From: Selaginella moellendorffii
Taxonomy: Eukaryota > Plantae > Lycopodiophyta
DNA length: 64,000 nucleotides
Assembly (NCBI RefSeq): GCF_000143415.4
Contig: NW_003314358.1
Location: 258,731 to 322,730 of the forward strand
Direction: 5' to 3'
Shown: positions 24,753-37,429 of the stretch, piece after piece
Position numbering within the stretch: position 1 is the stretch's first letter
Layout: each line of letters opens with the position of its first letter
Made by a program: the position numbers and the translations under genes
Notes under the pieces: model-generated
The model's input: the letters and a program-made list of their open reading frames with translations, nothing else
Told to the model about the DNA's origin: nothing
The model's database searches: none

Positions 24753-27700
24753 ATGGCTATGGCTTCCGTGTGTAGCTCCTCGTGTTCTTGGGAAGCTGGG
24801 GCGATGGCGTCACTGGTGAGACCATCTCCACCGCCGAGAAAGAGATTGTGGGCAGTGGGATTTGGGGACATGCATCACCAGCTCTACCGGAGAAATCTCA
24901 AGAGGGGTCAGCTGGCTTTCACGGGAGTGACGAGAGATCATGGAAATGGAAGCGTTTTGACGCTGGAGCTCGAGGATGATGAGACTCGGAGGGAGAATGT
25001 GGCTAATGGCGCGAGTTCTTCACGCAGAGAGAAAGAAATGGCGAGTGGATTGGATGGTGAAGTTAGCGGCAATGGAGTAGCAGTAGCAACGATGGCGGTT
25101 CGCGAGCTCGAGGAATTTAAATCCACCAGTGTTCTTGAGGAGGAGCTTGAGCAAGACGAGCCTTGGTTTCGAAAGGAAATTCAAGACAATGTCAAGGTAA
25201 CAAAATCTGATTTTTGTAGCCATTCATTTGTTGAGGTTTATACTGTTCTTATCCGATGAAGGTTTCAGTCACTCCCGGTGGCCGATGGAATCGCTTCAAA
25301 GCTTATTCGACTTTGCAAAGATCATTGGAGATATGGGCCTTCGTTTTCTCGTTTCTTTTCAAGCAGTGGCTCCTTGGGCGGAAGTTCATGTACAAAGGTG
25401 GGATTTTTATAGTTCCAGAACTCGCATTGGGAAGAAGTAGTGTTTATAATTTTCCTCAGGAGGGATAACGGAGGAAAAAAAGATGGAAAGACGAAAGCGT
25501 CTTGCGAAATGGCTAAAGGAAGGACTGCTGAGATTGGGACCGACTTTCATCAAGATTGGACAACAGTTTTCCACGCGAAGCGACATTCTTCCGAAAGAAT
25601 ACGTCGACGAACTCGCTGAGCTTCAGGTTCTCTACTGTGAATTCTCACTTTTGGATCAATGACACCGTCGATCGCAGGATCAAGTTCCTCCTTTTGAGTC
25701 GGAAGTCGCCGTGAGTATTTTGGAGGAAGAACTCGGTTGCTCCGTGGACCAGGTTTTCGAGAAGTTCGATCGTGATCCCATTGCCGCAGCAAGCCTTGGT
25801 ATGAATTTATGTTCGTGTTGGTTNNNNNNNNNNNNNNNNNNNNNNNNNNNNNNNNNNNNNNNNNNNNNNNNNNNNNNNNNNNNNNNNNNNNNNNNNNNNN
25901 NNNNNNNNNNNNNNNNNNNNNNNAGTTGTTGTTCTGTTTATTCGTTAAGGCCAAGTTCATCGAGCTGTTCTAAACGGAGAGCAAGTTGTGATCAAAGATC
26001 CAGCGTCCAGGCTTGAAAGCGCTCTTTGACATCGATTTGAAAAACCTGAGAGTAAGTCTTTGCTTTACTTTTCTTTTTTGCTCGAACTGTCACCTTTTCT
26101 TCACTCGCAGGTAATCGCAGAGAACTTACAAAAGATTGATCCAAAGTCTGATGGCGCGAAGAGGGATTGGGTTGCCATTTACGATGAGTGTGCCAATGTG
26201 CTCTATCAGGTGATTTTTTCAAACGAAGAGGGAAGTTTTGATGTATGATGTTCAGTAATAGCTCTCTTCCAGGAAATCGACTACAACAGAGAAGCAGCCA
26301 ATGCCGAGCGCTTTGCGGCAAATTTCAAGGATCTGAGCTACGTTAAAGTTCCAAGAATCTACTGGAAGTACACTACACCACAGGTGCCAAGTTTGTGATT
26401 TTTATCGTCCGGGTTGCGATTCATTGCCTTCGATAATAGGTACTTACCATGGAATACGTACCAGGAATCAAAATCAACAAAATCAAAGCCTTGGATAGAC
26501 TTGGAGTTGATCGTCAAAGGTTTGTTTCACAGCCTTTTGTCTAAGGCAAAGCTCAACTATTTGGTGTTGTTCAGGCTTGCGAGATACTGTGTGGAGTCTT
26601 ATCTGGAGCAGATTCTTCGTCACGGGTTTTTCCACGCAGACCCTGTAAGCCCTTTTTTTCTCTTGAGTTTTCTGGAGACCTTTTCATTTCTTCCTTGTTC
26701 CTTGTTTCATTTATGTTGTAGCATCCAGGAAATATTGCTGTGGACGATTTCAACGGGGGACGCTTGATTTTTTATGATTTTGGTATGATGGGAAGGTAAA
26801 GCAATAGCATGCTTAACTCTTTATCTAACGGTTCCTCGTATGTGGTTCCAGCATTAGTTCCAACATCAGGGAAGGACTTTTAGAAGCTTTCTATGGAGTC
26901 TACGAAAAAGATGCTGACAAGGTATTCGTTTCCTTTTGTGTATGTTCTTGCTTGTCATATTGATTTTTCTCAGGTGCTTGAAGCAATGGTGCAAATGGGA
27001 GTGCTCGTACCGACTGGTGACATGACCGCAGTTAGACGAACAGCACAGTTCTTCCTGAAAAGGTTCAACTTACTTTCAGTCGCACACACAGAAACTTAAC
27101 TTCGTCTCTTGGATTCCAGTTTCCAAGACCGTCTAGCAGCACAAAAAGAACAGAAAGCTCTTGCCGAGAGTGAGGAATCCGGCTACAAGAGGCTGTCTAA
27201 AGGGGAAAGGGAGGACAAGAAGAAACTCAGGCTGGCGGCCATAGGTACTACAGTTTTGTAAGTAACTTGGTAATGCTCAAACTCCATTTTAGGTGAGGAT
27301 CTACTATCTATCTCTTCGGACCAGCCATTCCGTTTCCCAGCAACGTTTACGTTTGTAGTTCGAGCTTTCTCGGGTAAGACTGCCTTTGTCCGTGATTTCC
27401 ATGTCGTAAGCTTTTTGGTTTCAGTTCTAGACGGCATTGGGAAAGGTCTGGATCCTTACTTTGACATATCCGAGATTGCAAAGCCGTAAGTGAAGATAGC
27501 TTTCTTTTCCTTTCTGCCTCACCAGGTTTTTGTTCTTCGCAGGTACGCTTTGGAGATTCTAAGATTTCGTGAAGTTGGTTACGATGTTGTGATCCGGGTA
27601 AGTTGTTTTTTAATTCGCATTTCGTGTGCAAATGGGTGTTTCTTGTCAGGACTTTAAAAAGCGATGGCAACGACAAGCTGAAGCATTCAACAATCTCTTC

Positions 27701-28195
27701 AGGCAACCAGATAGAGTTGCAAAGCTCGCGGATGTGATCGAGAGATTGGTAAAGACACTGTTAAGTTTGAGAGAAAACTTCTCTCTTGCCTTTTTCTTCT
27801 CAGGAACAAGGCGATTTGAAACTCCGTGTGCGAACTCTGGAATCCGAGAGGTCCTTCAAACGAGTTTCAGCTGTACAACAAAACATAGCTCAGGTACCTA
27901 CAGAAACAAACAAACAAGAAACGAAGAAAAATCTTTTTTTTGCTCTGTTGCAGGCCGTTTTCGCTGGCACATTCTTAAATCTGGGAACTCTGCTGTACAT
28001 AAACGCAATGAGAGTACGTACTTTTCTACAGATATCTTCCTTTGTTTTCTCTGCTCCAACATGGGCGATCGTTGTCAGGTCCAAGGCACAGCCGCATTTT
28101 TTTGTAGCGCCTTGTTTGGATTGAAGCTCCTGGTTGGGCTTTTCAAGGTGAAGAGACTGGACAAGCAAGAAAAGCTCATCACTGGCACAGCGTAA
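24753..28195 (+). CDS. ABC1K8: Chloroplast ABC1/UbiB atypical kinase (OSA1-like), multi-exon
   Basis: '[20 protein letters not shown]', '[15 protein letters not shown]', '[11 protein letters not shown]', 'GFFHADPHPGN', 'YDFGM', C-terminus 'EKLITGTA'. Assembly gap inside an intron. Confidence 0.93.
25824..25923. other. Assembly gap (100 N)
   Basis: Run of N within an ABC1K8 intron. Confidence 0.99.
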
Positions 28196-28335
28196 TAGAA
28201 AGAAAGAAGCAAAGAGCAATTTTTTGGCACTCCTTTCACCTTGGCAAGAGAGCTGTGAAGAAAAGAGTAGCATTCTTTCCTATATAACCTTCCAAAGAAG
28301 AAAATTTGAGGCTAGGCTTTGATTATAGGGTACCT

Positions 28336-29704
28336 ATGGGCAGCGATGAAGACGCCGCGCGGCTCAAGGCGGCGATGGAATCGTCGGGCGCGGAGCTCAT
28401 CTGCGATCCTCCCCAGGTGCGCGGGATCCGCGTCGCCGGCTGGCGCATTCGATCCACCAAGCGCGCCATTCTCAACGCCGAGCAGATCGAGAGGTTTGGG
28501 AGGGCATTGGATTTCTTCTTTGTTGTTCTTGAGAGATTTTGGGAGGGTTTTTGTGGCGCTAGGTGGGAGGCGAAGCTGGGCACCCGGCATTTGCCCGAGA
28601 TGGTGTTTGGAGGCAACGAGCTGGAGCTAGTGCACGAAGCGAGCGGGATCGCGATTTCTTTCAATGCTTTCGATGCTCTTGCGGGGTGGAAGAGGGAGAA
28701 TCTGCCGCCAGTGGAGGTTCCAGCCGCGGCAAAATGGAAAATGCGATGGTATGAAATCGCATTCTTCCTCTTGTTTTTTTTTTCCCTGGTTCTTAGATTT
28801 CTTTCTCGATTTTTCTGTGAAGCAATCCAAACGAGCAGCTGATCATGGACTACGACTATACGTTCACGACGCCTTACTGTGGAAGCGAGCGCCTTGTTCT
28901 TGAGGTAAAAATCTTGCACGTCTTTTGAATGGAGGGAATCACAAGTTTTTCTTGCTATTTCTTACTTCTTTCACTTCTTTCACAGCAAGAACAAGCTGAT
29001 AAGGAGTCAAGTTTGGCGACTTTGGAGTGGAAAAGTTGTGACACTCGAATCGATCTTATCCGGCTACAAGTGAAGGATCCGATCTTGTTTTACGACGAGG
29101 TCTTTCGTCTGGTTTCTCTGTTCTTAAGAGCTCACCATAGTTTTTTTCTTGTTCTTCCAGGTGATTCTATACGAGGACGAGCTTTCAGACAATGGTATCT
29201 CGTTTCTCTCCGTGAAAGTGGTAATGCCTCTTCGTTCCTTCGGATCGATTCTAACTTTGGCTGCCTCATTACAGAGAGTAATGCCGAATTGCTGGTTTTT
29301 GCTACTTCGATTCTGGGTATCGCTTTGCATACTTGTTCTTCTCGAAAGTTACTGACGCCATATCTTTGCAGCTCCGTGTGGATGGAGTTTTGATGAGACT
29401 TCGCGACACACGCATGTACTCCGGCTTCCAAAGCGACCCTCGAGAATTCCCGGTTATAATCCGCGAGCGATCTCAAAGGGAAGAAACCTTTCGCGCACTC
29501 TTACTGGTAGATCGATCCGGAAGAACTTTCCAAGCTTTCACTGATCCTTTCTCTTCTGGAATTCCTTCGTTTTTCCAGAAAGGCCAGTTAGAACCATCGC
29601 TGTATCAAGACCCCAACATTGTGGGAGATCGATTGCCAATTCGCGACCACCACCATGAGAAACTTCACAAGGTACTCCACAGGAAAATAGAACCAACCAT
29701 TTAA
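28336..29704 (+). CDS. TIP41: TIP41-like PP2A/TOR regulator (multi-exon)
   Basis: 'HLPEMVFGGN', 'FNAFDAL', 'DYDYTFTTPYCGS', '[56 protein letters not shown]'. Confidence 0.93.
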
Positions 29705-29904
29705 TAGAGCTCGTTTAAAACGTGTACCAGCGACCACGATTTTCCGCCATAGAATTAAACGGCCAGGATGAGAGGGGGACAGAGAAGCCCTAGTAGCGCG
29801 CCAGAGGAGCGAGAGAGAAGGAGAGCGATAGCGCGGGGTCCGATCGACCGGATCGGGGGAGAATTCGCAGGTGTTCTTCCGGATTATCAGGTTTTGGCAG
29901 TGAA

Positions 29905-30900
29905 ATGAGGCCTGGAGGAGGCGGAGGATCTCCCTTCAAGGTAGTTCTTCTTGGAGACGGTGAGTTCTTCCTTCTCTTGAGCGTTTTGTGACGAATTCAG
30001 CTGGCGCTAATGCGATTTCGTGGTGGAATTTCTTCTCCAGGTAGAGTCGGGAAGACGTCTCTCGTCCTGCGGTATGTGAATAATCAGTTCTCCGATAGTC
30101 AAAGTGCTACGATACAGGCTTCCTACTTGACCAAGCGCTTGAGCGTCGATGGCGCTGTAGCAACGCTATCGATCTGGGTAAAGTTCTTCGCTAGAAACTT
30201 TTGTTACGATTTGAGTGATGGTGGAAATAAATTTTTTTTTTTCTCTTCCAGGACACAGCAGGCCAGGAACGCTTTCATGCGCTTGGTCCTATCTACTATC
30301 GCGATGCTGATGGTGAGTACAGGTTTTTTTTCTCTTTCCAGTACGAGAACTACAGTGTCTTGGCTTTTGTTCTTGGTTTTTTTTTTCCTTTAAAGGTGCA
30401 TTGCTAGTCTATGACATAATGGATAGAGATAGCTTTACTCGTGTGAAGAATTGGGTGAAGGAGCTCCGGAAGATGGCGTCCAACAAGAACATTGTCTTGA
30501 CAATTGCTGGCAACAAGAGCGATATGGACAAGTTGCGACAAGTTGATCTCCAGGATTCTGAGAGGTACGACAGTGTTTCGTTTCCTACTTGATAGTGTTC
30601 ACTCGGTTGGATTGCTTCTAGATACGCTGCCTCGATTGGAGCAAACCATTTCGTGACCTCTGCAAAGCTAAACACTGGCATAGACGAGGCCTTCATGGAC
30701 ATCGCGACACGTAAGATCTTTAGAAGTTTGCTTGTGTTCGTTCTCTCACTGTTTATTCCTTGGCAGGTTGCCTGGAACAAAGAAGAAAAAGCACTGCCGC
30801 CTCGAGCAATGGCAGCACGCCGGCTTTCTCTCAGAGAAAAAGCGTGGTCATTGTGGATGATCAGCCCCCTCCCCCTCCTCCGTCGAGATGTTGTTCTTGA
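29905..30900 (+). CDS. RAB21: Rab GTPase, Rab21 subfamily (multi-exon)
   Basis: FKVVLLGDGRVGKTSLVLRY; TIQASYLTKRL; WDTAGQERFHALGPIYYRD; KNWVKELRKM; GNKSD; TSAK; C-terminal CCS prenylation motif. Confidence 0.92.
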
Positions 30901-30993
30901 CCCGGTAAAATTGTTGGTTTGTACAAACAGGTCAGGCCAGTGTTTACAAATTCCCAGGGATTTTTTTTTTCCATGTAAATTCTCGCGCTCTAC

Positions 30994-32514
30994 TTATCCA
31001 TTATCCGTTTTCACAGAGGTAGCACGTCTCCTACGCGCCTCCAGTGCTCTAGCAAGCTTCTCGTCCCCGGTGGCTGCGTGGATATTTGCCAGAACGACGT
31101 ACGGCGAAGACGTCTCTGGATTGAGCTCCGAGGCCTTCTCAGCAGCCAGGATACCTCTCTCGGCATCCAGATGCGTCTCGCAGGCACTGAGCAGCGTCAT
31201 CCAGGCAACATAATCAGCGATGAAAGGCATCGACTCGATAAGTTCCTGGGCCTGGGCCAGCCGCCCCGCTCGCCCCAGTACGTGAGCCATTCCGATATAG
31301 TGATCCAGCAGCGGTGCGATGCTGTAGTCGCCAACCATGGAGGCGAAGAACGAGCAAGCGTCCTCGACCAGGCCAGCGTAAGCCGCTCCAGCCAGAACGT
31401 TGATGTACGTGATCTCGTTTGGTTCCAGGCCTTGAAGCTCCATCTCTTGGAAGAGCTCCAGCGCTTGGTCCCGGAGGCCGTTGTGAGCATAGGCGGTGAT
31501 GATGGCCGTCCAGAGGACCAAGTCCCGGCAAGAGATGCGATCAAACAGGCCCCGAGCTTCGTCCACGCAGCCGGATCTTCCATGCAAGTTGACGAGCGCA
31601 GTGACCACCATAAGATCCGATCGATGAGGGGTGTCCTGGACGATGCTATCGACGAGCTTGGCCAGGGATGGAGTCGGGGACGCCGCACAGGCATCGGCTA
31701 GAGCGATCAAAGTTACGGCGTTGGGTTGGATCCCATCCAGATCCATGAGTTGGAAGAGACGAAGAGCTTGCTTCGAATGCGAGCTCCGGCCGTAAGCTCC
31801 GATCATGGTGGTCCAGGTGACGACGTTCTTGAGCGGCATTCGATCGAACATCTCCCGGGCTTCTGACAAGCGGTCGTTTTTCACGTAGGCCAGGATCATG
31901 GTCGTCCAGGAGACGACGTTCTTGTTTGGTATCCGGACGAAGAAATCTCTCGCTTCGTCAAGATGCCCCCTCTCGGCAAATGCAGCGAGCATGGCTGTCC
32001 AGGAGACTACATTCTTATCGGGCATGGCCTCGAAAAGGTGGCGGGCTTTGGAGACTTCCCCGAGCTCTGCGTAGGCGGAGATTAACGCGTTCCAGGAGAC
32101 CTGGTTCTTCTTGGGCATTTGGTGGAAGAGTTTCTCGGCGAGAACAAGATGCCCGTTCTGGGCATATGCAGTGAGCATGGTGTTCCACGAGACAACGTTG
32201 CGCTGCGGCATTGTTTCAAAGATCTCCCGCGCTTGCTCGAGCTGGCCGTTGATGGCGTAGGCAGCGGCCATGATGTTCCAGGTGAAGATGTTGCGGTGGC
32301 GGAGGGAGTCAAACACCGCGCGAGCGTCGCCCAGGCTGCCGCATTTGCCGTACATGTCGATGGCAAGGTTGGCGAGGAACCTGTTCGTGGGCTGGCCGGA
32401 GGCGATGATCTGAGCGTGGATCCGGCGGCCCTGCGACAGATCTCGTGATTCGGCGCAGGACCGCAGCTTTTCCGCGAACCAATCTTGATCGTAGCATAGT
32501 TCCAAAGATGGCAT
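30994..32514 (-). CDS. PLS-class PPR protein with E domain, no DYW
   Basis: 506-aa intronless ORF; 'MYGKCGSLGDARAVFD'; tandem 'MPxKNVVSW' repeats; 'WMTLLSAC…AAEKASELNP…PYVVLANI'. Confidence 0.95.
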   Translation of the reverse strand: MPSLELCYDQDWFAEKLRSCAESRDLSQGRRIHAQIIASGQPTNRFLANLAIDMYGKCGSLGDARAVFDSLRHRNIFTWNIMAAAYAINGQLEQAREIFETMPQRNVVSWNTMLTAYAQNGHLVLAEKLFHQMPKKNQVSWNALISAYAELGEVSKARHLFEAMPDKNVVSWTAMLAAFAERGHLDEARDFFVRIPNKNVVSWTTMILAYVKNDRLSEAREMFDRMPLKNVVTWTTMIGAYGRSSHSKQALRLFQLMDLDGIQPNAVTLIALADACAASPTPSLAKLVDSIVQDTPHRSDLMVVTALVNLHGRSGCVDEARGLFDRISCRDLVLWTAIITAYAHNGLRDQALELFQEMELQGLEPNEITYINVLAGAAYAGLVEDACSFFASMVGDYSIAPLLDHYIGMAHVLGRAGRLAQAQELIESMPFIADYVAWMTLLSACETHLDAERGILAAEKASELNPETSSPYVVLANIHAATGDEKLARALEARRRRATSVKTDNG

Positions 32515-32929
32515 CGCGTCAACTTCATTGTACGGTCCCTCGTTTTACTTGCACGATCTTATGCCTTGCGTACTTGACCCGAACGTTTTTGTACCGATCG
32601 AGGTAGATCGAGGTAGGCCTAGAATCTGGAAACATTGCGTGTGGCCATTCTTATGTGGTGTCACCCTCTATATAGCCGGGGTATAGACCCCTATTTCTTT
32701 CCGTACGGCTTTGCGAGCTTGAGAAAGTTGACAGGGTTTTTGCTTGACGAAGAGGTGTTAACTCCATCTTGGATCTTCTTTTTTTTTCAAACTCCATCTC
32801 TTCTTGGACGACTTGATTGGCTTCACCGAAAGCATGAAGGTCATGAAACTCACACCAGTCATGATAATCAAGCGCCATCTTTTCTACGTGATCCATCGAT
32901 CGATCGATCTGGTTTTAAACTATTCCGTG

Positions 32930-32932
<3 letters not shown>

Positions 32933-32965
<33 letters not shown>
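32933..32965. repeat. (GA)n microsatellite
   Basis: Direct reading; a second GA run lies at ~36121-36149. Confidence 0.95.
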
Positions 32966-32969
<4 letters not shown>

Positions 32970-34735
32970 GGGGGAGACTTGTTCTTGGAGAAAAGAGAGT
33001 ATTAAATAAACTATAAAATAAGATAAGATAAAATAAAATCTTGCAGTTCAGAAAAGAGAAGTATATTGGAGGCCCACCTTTGAAGAATTCCAAGAACTCG
33101 TTTGATCAACAATGCAAACTCCCTTATCGATTCCAGCAGTACACTCAATCACTCGTGTTGCTTGCTCCCTAGAACTGGGAAAGAGCTCTTCAAGACAAGC
33201 TTGTAGCCTGTCTAGAGCTTGTCTAGTCGAATGACTTCCAAGGTTTCATCTTTGTGCACTAAGTCTCGAAGCAACCGTGTGCCCTGGAACTTCTCAAAAC
33301 AAAAAAGGACAAAAGCTCTTTTCAACTCGGCCATAGAATGGATCAAGCACTCATCCTCAAAATTCTCATATCTTTAGAGTGCTTCCCGGAAATCTCTTCT
33401 TTAGAATGGTTCCAGCTGAAAGGTGGTGTAAGCATGATCTATATCCCCAAATCTTTTGGCGTATCCATACCTCTCGTTTCTTTCCTGGAAAGAGATTCCT
33501 CGGCGTGTTTGCTCATCTCATCACCCAGATCCCAAAATCCTTCTTCTTCCACTCTTTTTCTCTAGTCTCCATTTGTGTGTTGTTTGTTTCCATGTGAGAT
33601 GCTCGCGTATGTTTCGCTAACGCGCAACCAAAGCTCCACCATGTGAGAGGAACCTTGTAAAGTCCATAGATTATTTCGTCCCAGTCGTGCATTCGCCACA
33701 CCCTGGAAGCATCAGCATCACACTGGCTTCGCTTGGCCTCCATCTCCAAAGGTCAACTCCCAAGTAAAAATCACGCCCATGTCCACTGTCCAAGCTTTCT
33801 TCCCTGGTTATTTTTTTTCCACTCCTTCCCTCCTGCGGCCATAAACCAATTTACAAGTCACTCCCAAAGCGAAAGAGAGAAATACTAAACAAATACCACA
33901 TCGCTGGGATGCGTGCTAAGAAATATATACCATAAATACCTTAACGATGTGGAGCAAATGCGTAGTGGCAGCCTATCCTCCTCATTGTCAACCCATCTCC
34001 AAGTTTTCTTCACTTTCTTAATTCCCAGTAAAGAATATTTTTCTTCTTCTCCTCCTTCTCTCCGGTTTTTCCATCTTCGCTGTGCCTGTCCGCAGAGAGG
34101 AGCCAAGAGGGTCAACTAGAACAGCTTGGCAGTGCTTTACTTCTTGTGTACTTTGCTTCCTCACGCACACTTCCCCACCGGCGCTGCCGACTCCGATGAG
34201 CCAGTGTCTGGATATCTAGCTCCAGGAGAGAGAAAGCGAGAGAGTTCTCTCGAGCGGCGCTGCTGCTAGATCGCCGCTCCTCGCATATATTCCTCCCCCC
34301 CACCCCCCGCAAATACTTCATCCAGTTCTAGTTTTCCCATCTCTCCGCTGTAAGAGCCTCGAAGCTTAGGAAGCAGGAAGATCGAAAGTGCCTCTCTTAC
34401 CTGAAAAGGATATATTGATGATCTTTACCTCGGCAAGGATCCGGAGCGGGATTGGTAAAACAGATGAAGCTCCACCGGGACAGGAATGCACTGCACTGCA
34501 AGGCACAGTCTCCGCGAAGAATTCGTCAAGCACTGTAGTAAAGGGGAGCATCGGTTACAAAGAATTCATAAAGGTACTTCCTTCTCACATGTTCATTCTC
34601 CCTCCCAGCAGGAACTTACGAAGCGATTGATTGCGAAGTGCTTCAAAAGAAATTCTCCAAATTTCGTGTTTTTCTCACCACCGGCGCCTCTCTGGATGTG
34701 CAGGGACTGTGATCCCAAAGAGGGCCCATGTCTGG

Positions 34736-35864
34736 ATGTCAAAAGAGTGGTAAGTCGCTCGATCCAGAAGCGTAGCTCTTCCTTTTCTCGTTGCAAAGCC
34801 GAGGAGAGAGAACAAACTTTGCAAGAGTAGCCTTACAGCTTTCCTCTCCCCAAGTTCTCTCCAAGTTCTTCTTTTGCAGCGAGATCCTGAGAGATCCCGA
34901 GAGAAGTTAGAGAACAGGAGAGAGAAAGCAGCTTTACCCGAGAGATGGTGATCTAAACTGCCGTGCTCCAGGGAGAACATCAGCAACGTCGGAGGAAGAG
35001 ATCCCCAGCGCCAAAAGCCGAGACTGCAAGAGTTACAGCGCTATCACCACCACGGCAGTACTAGCAGCCAGCAGCAGGATATCGGTCGAGGCAGGAGTAG
35101 CATGCTGGGGTCGCAGGGCCCTCTAAACACGATCACGCCCTGTGCTGCATGTAAGCTTCTCCGCCGGAGGTGCGCTCAAGAGTGTCCCTTTGCACCATAC
35201 TTCTCGCCACACGAGCCTCAAAAGTTTGCCGCCGTCCACAAAGTTTTCGGCGCCAGCAACGTCTCCAAGATGCTCTCGGTACGTGATCAATCATCTCTCC
35301 CCTCCTCTCTTCCCGTGGCCCTCCGAGCACCACTATTCCATTGTCTTTCTAAGTGGCACTCTTTTCTCTTTCGGAGTGTGCTTTCTGAGATGCGTCTTGT
35401 CGTTTTGATGGTTGCTAGATTGCTGAAAAGACAGACTGTGGGGACAAAAAGGAGCTCAGAGTTAGATGATGCCTGCTAACATAAGTTACACTAAAAGTTC
35501 CGAGTTCTAACCTTTGATGAGCTTGTCACTGGTGTGGTTCTTGCAGGAAGTTCCAGAGGCCCAGCGATCGGACGTTGCCAACAGCCTGGTGTACGAGGCA
35601 AACGCTCGGATCAGAGACCCAGTGTATGGCTGCACGGGGACAATCTCTGCACTGCAGCAGCAAGCTCAGTCACTCCAAGCGGAAGTTAATGCCATGAGAG
35701 AACAGATTATGAGATACCAGGTGCACGAAAACGCCGTAGCCGCGGTCACCTTGGTCACTACCGGGCTTCCCACACGGACAAACCCCGGAAGCTCGTCGGC
35801 AGACTATGTCGTAGGAACGAGCGGCAGTGTGGACAATCCTGACGTCAAGGAACGCTACTGGTGA
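34736..35864 (+). CDS. Class I LOB-domain transcription factor, LBD13/15-like (3 exons)
   Basis: CAACKLLRRRC (CX2CX6CX3C), 'FAAVHKVFGASNVSKML', 'SLVYEANARIRDPVYGC', leucine zipper. A 14-nt first exon ATGTCAAAAGAGTG|GTAAGT splices in frame to ~34971. Confidence 0.9.
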
Positions 35865-36805
35865 GACAAGCCCATCAACAACAAGAACAAAGCCAGAGCC
35901 ACAGATCAGAGTAAATTTTCTTCCTTTAAGATGCTCGATTTTTTTGTATATCAGGAAAAATAAGGCCTTTCTCACTTTCTCCCGAGGGAGACTCTCCATA
36001 AAATGCAAGAAGACATTAAGAGGATCAACAAGAAACCAGGCAAAAGTGCAAACGAGAGAGAAAGGAGAAAGGCATCCTTTGTTTCACTTCACACGACTTT
36101 GCTGCTTATTAAAATCCGGAAGAGAGAGAGAGAGAGAGAGGGGGGAGAGCGTAGCTCACCTTTTTAAAGCTTGATGCGCCTGGCCATGATCCGGCACGCA
36201 GTCATCTGTGCATCAAATGTCCTCGTCAGGAACTCTTAAAGAAGTACAGCGAAAGCAAAGAAAACACTTAAAGAAATATAACTATACCCACCAATGCGTC
36301 CACGAGCACTGTAGCTGAAGGCGCGCGTTTGTCACACTTTGACCTGTTGATAGCTGCACCAGTGATGAAGAATTAAACAACACATAAACACGTCATATAA
36401 CCACGATCATCAGCATAAACAAAGCAAGCAAACAAAAAAAAAAAACGATAGACAAAACATAGTTTACTTCTTTCTTATCAAAGAAAGGCTCGCGAGAAGT
36501 TTCTCCATGAGAAACTCTAACACCATCCTGTCAAAACTATCAAGCCATAAGTAAAGAAAGAAAAACGACGCTCCCCCGCAAAGACCCAAGAAAAAAACGA
36601 GAGAAAAAAAAAACGAGGTATAGTACGAAGCTACAAAGATAAAAAAAAAAATAGTAGAAAGGAAAACTTTCGAGCTCCCTATACCAAAGAAGAAAGTATA
36701 GAACTTGGCTATGGAAGCTCCAATCCTCTTCTTCTTCCTCTTCCTCTAGTTCTCGCTCTCTCTTCTTTTTTTTTCACTCCCCTCTCCCCCCTCGATCGAG
36801 ACTCT

Positions 36806-37429
36806 CTAAGTCTGAGCAGCGGAGTTTAAGATGCTGGACATGGTTCCCAGAACCATGAAAGCCAGCAAGGGACTCAAGTCGAGCGCGTTAAACACTGGCG
36901 GGATGATGTTGCGGAAGAGATTGAGGTACGGATCACACATATCCCTGATCGCCATGAAGGGCTGCTTCTCCCAAGGGATGTTTGGAAACCAGCTGAGTAG
37001 CACCCGGATCATCATCACCGCGCTGTAGAGCTCCAGCCACTTGGCCATGCCCGACGCCACCACCGTGAGTGGCGTAGAGACTGTGGACATGGACGCGAAG
37101 AAGAGAGGGCCGCCCTTGGTCGCCAAAAAGAATGGCACCGCCGCCGCGTTACTGCTGCTAATGGCGCTGCTGCTGCTGGCGTGGAGAGTGAGTGCCTTGG
37201 CGAGGCTTTGGAGCGCCAAGCTGGTGGCCTGAGCCATGGATTTGAGGAGCAGTGGCAAGAATGCGAGCGGTGTCGTTGGAGGAGCTGTGTGGAGGAGCGA
37301 TGATGCTGCCGCTGCCGCTGGAGAGAGTGCCGCTGGGATTGTGTGTGGCCGGCGCCTGTTCCATTGGAGCTGTGGAGGGACTGGGGAGGCTACCTGGATG
37401 CGGAGGGAGGATGCCGACGCCATCGCCAT
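36806..37429 (-). CDS. YLMG1: YGGT/YlmG chloroplast protein
   Basis: Ser/Ala-rich transit peptide; 'KWLELYSAVMMIRVLLSWFPNIPWEKQP…DPYLNLFRNIIPPVFNALDLSPLLAF'. Confidence 0.92.
   Translation of the reverse strand: MAMASASSLRIQVASPVPPQLQWNRRRPHTIPAALSPAAAAASSLLHTAPPTTPLAFLPLLLKSMAQATSLALQSLAKALTLHASSSSAISSSNAAAVPFFLATKGGPLFFASMSTVSTPLTVVASGMAKWLELYSAVMMIRVLLSWFPNIPWEKQPFMAIRDMCDPYLNLFRNIIPPVFNALDLSPLLAFMVLGTMSSILNSAAQT

Noticed and set aside
32550-34700. Short ORFs upstream of the LBD gene
   Set aside because: No motifs; the region looks like a long promoter/5' UTR with microsatellites
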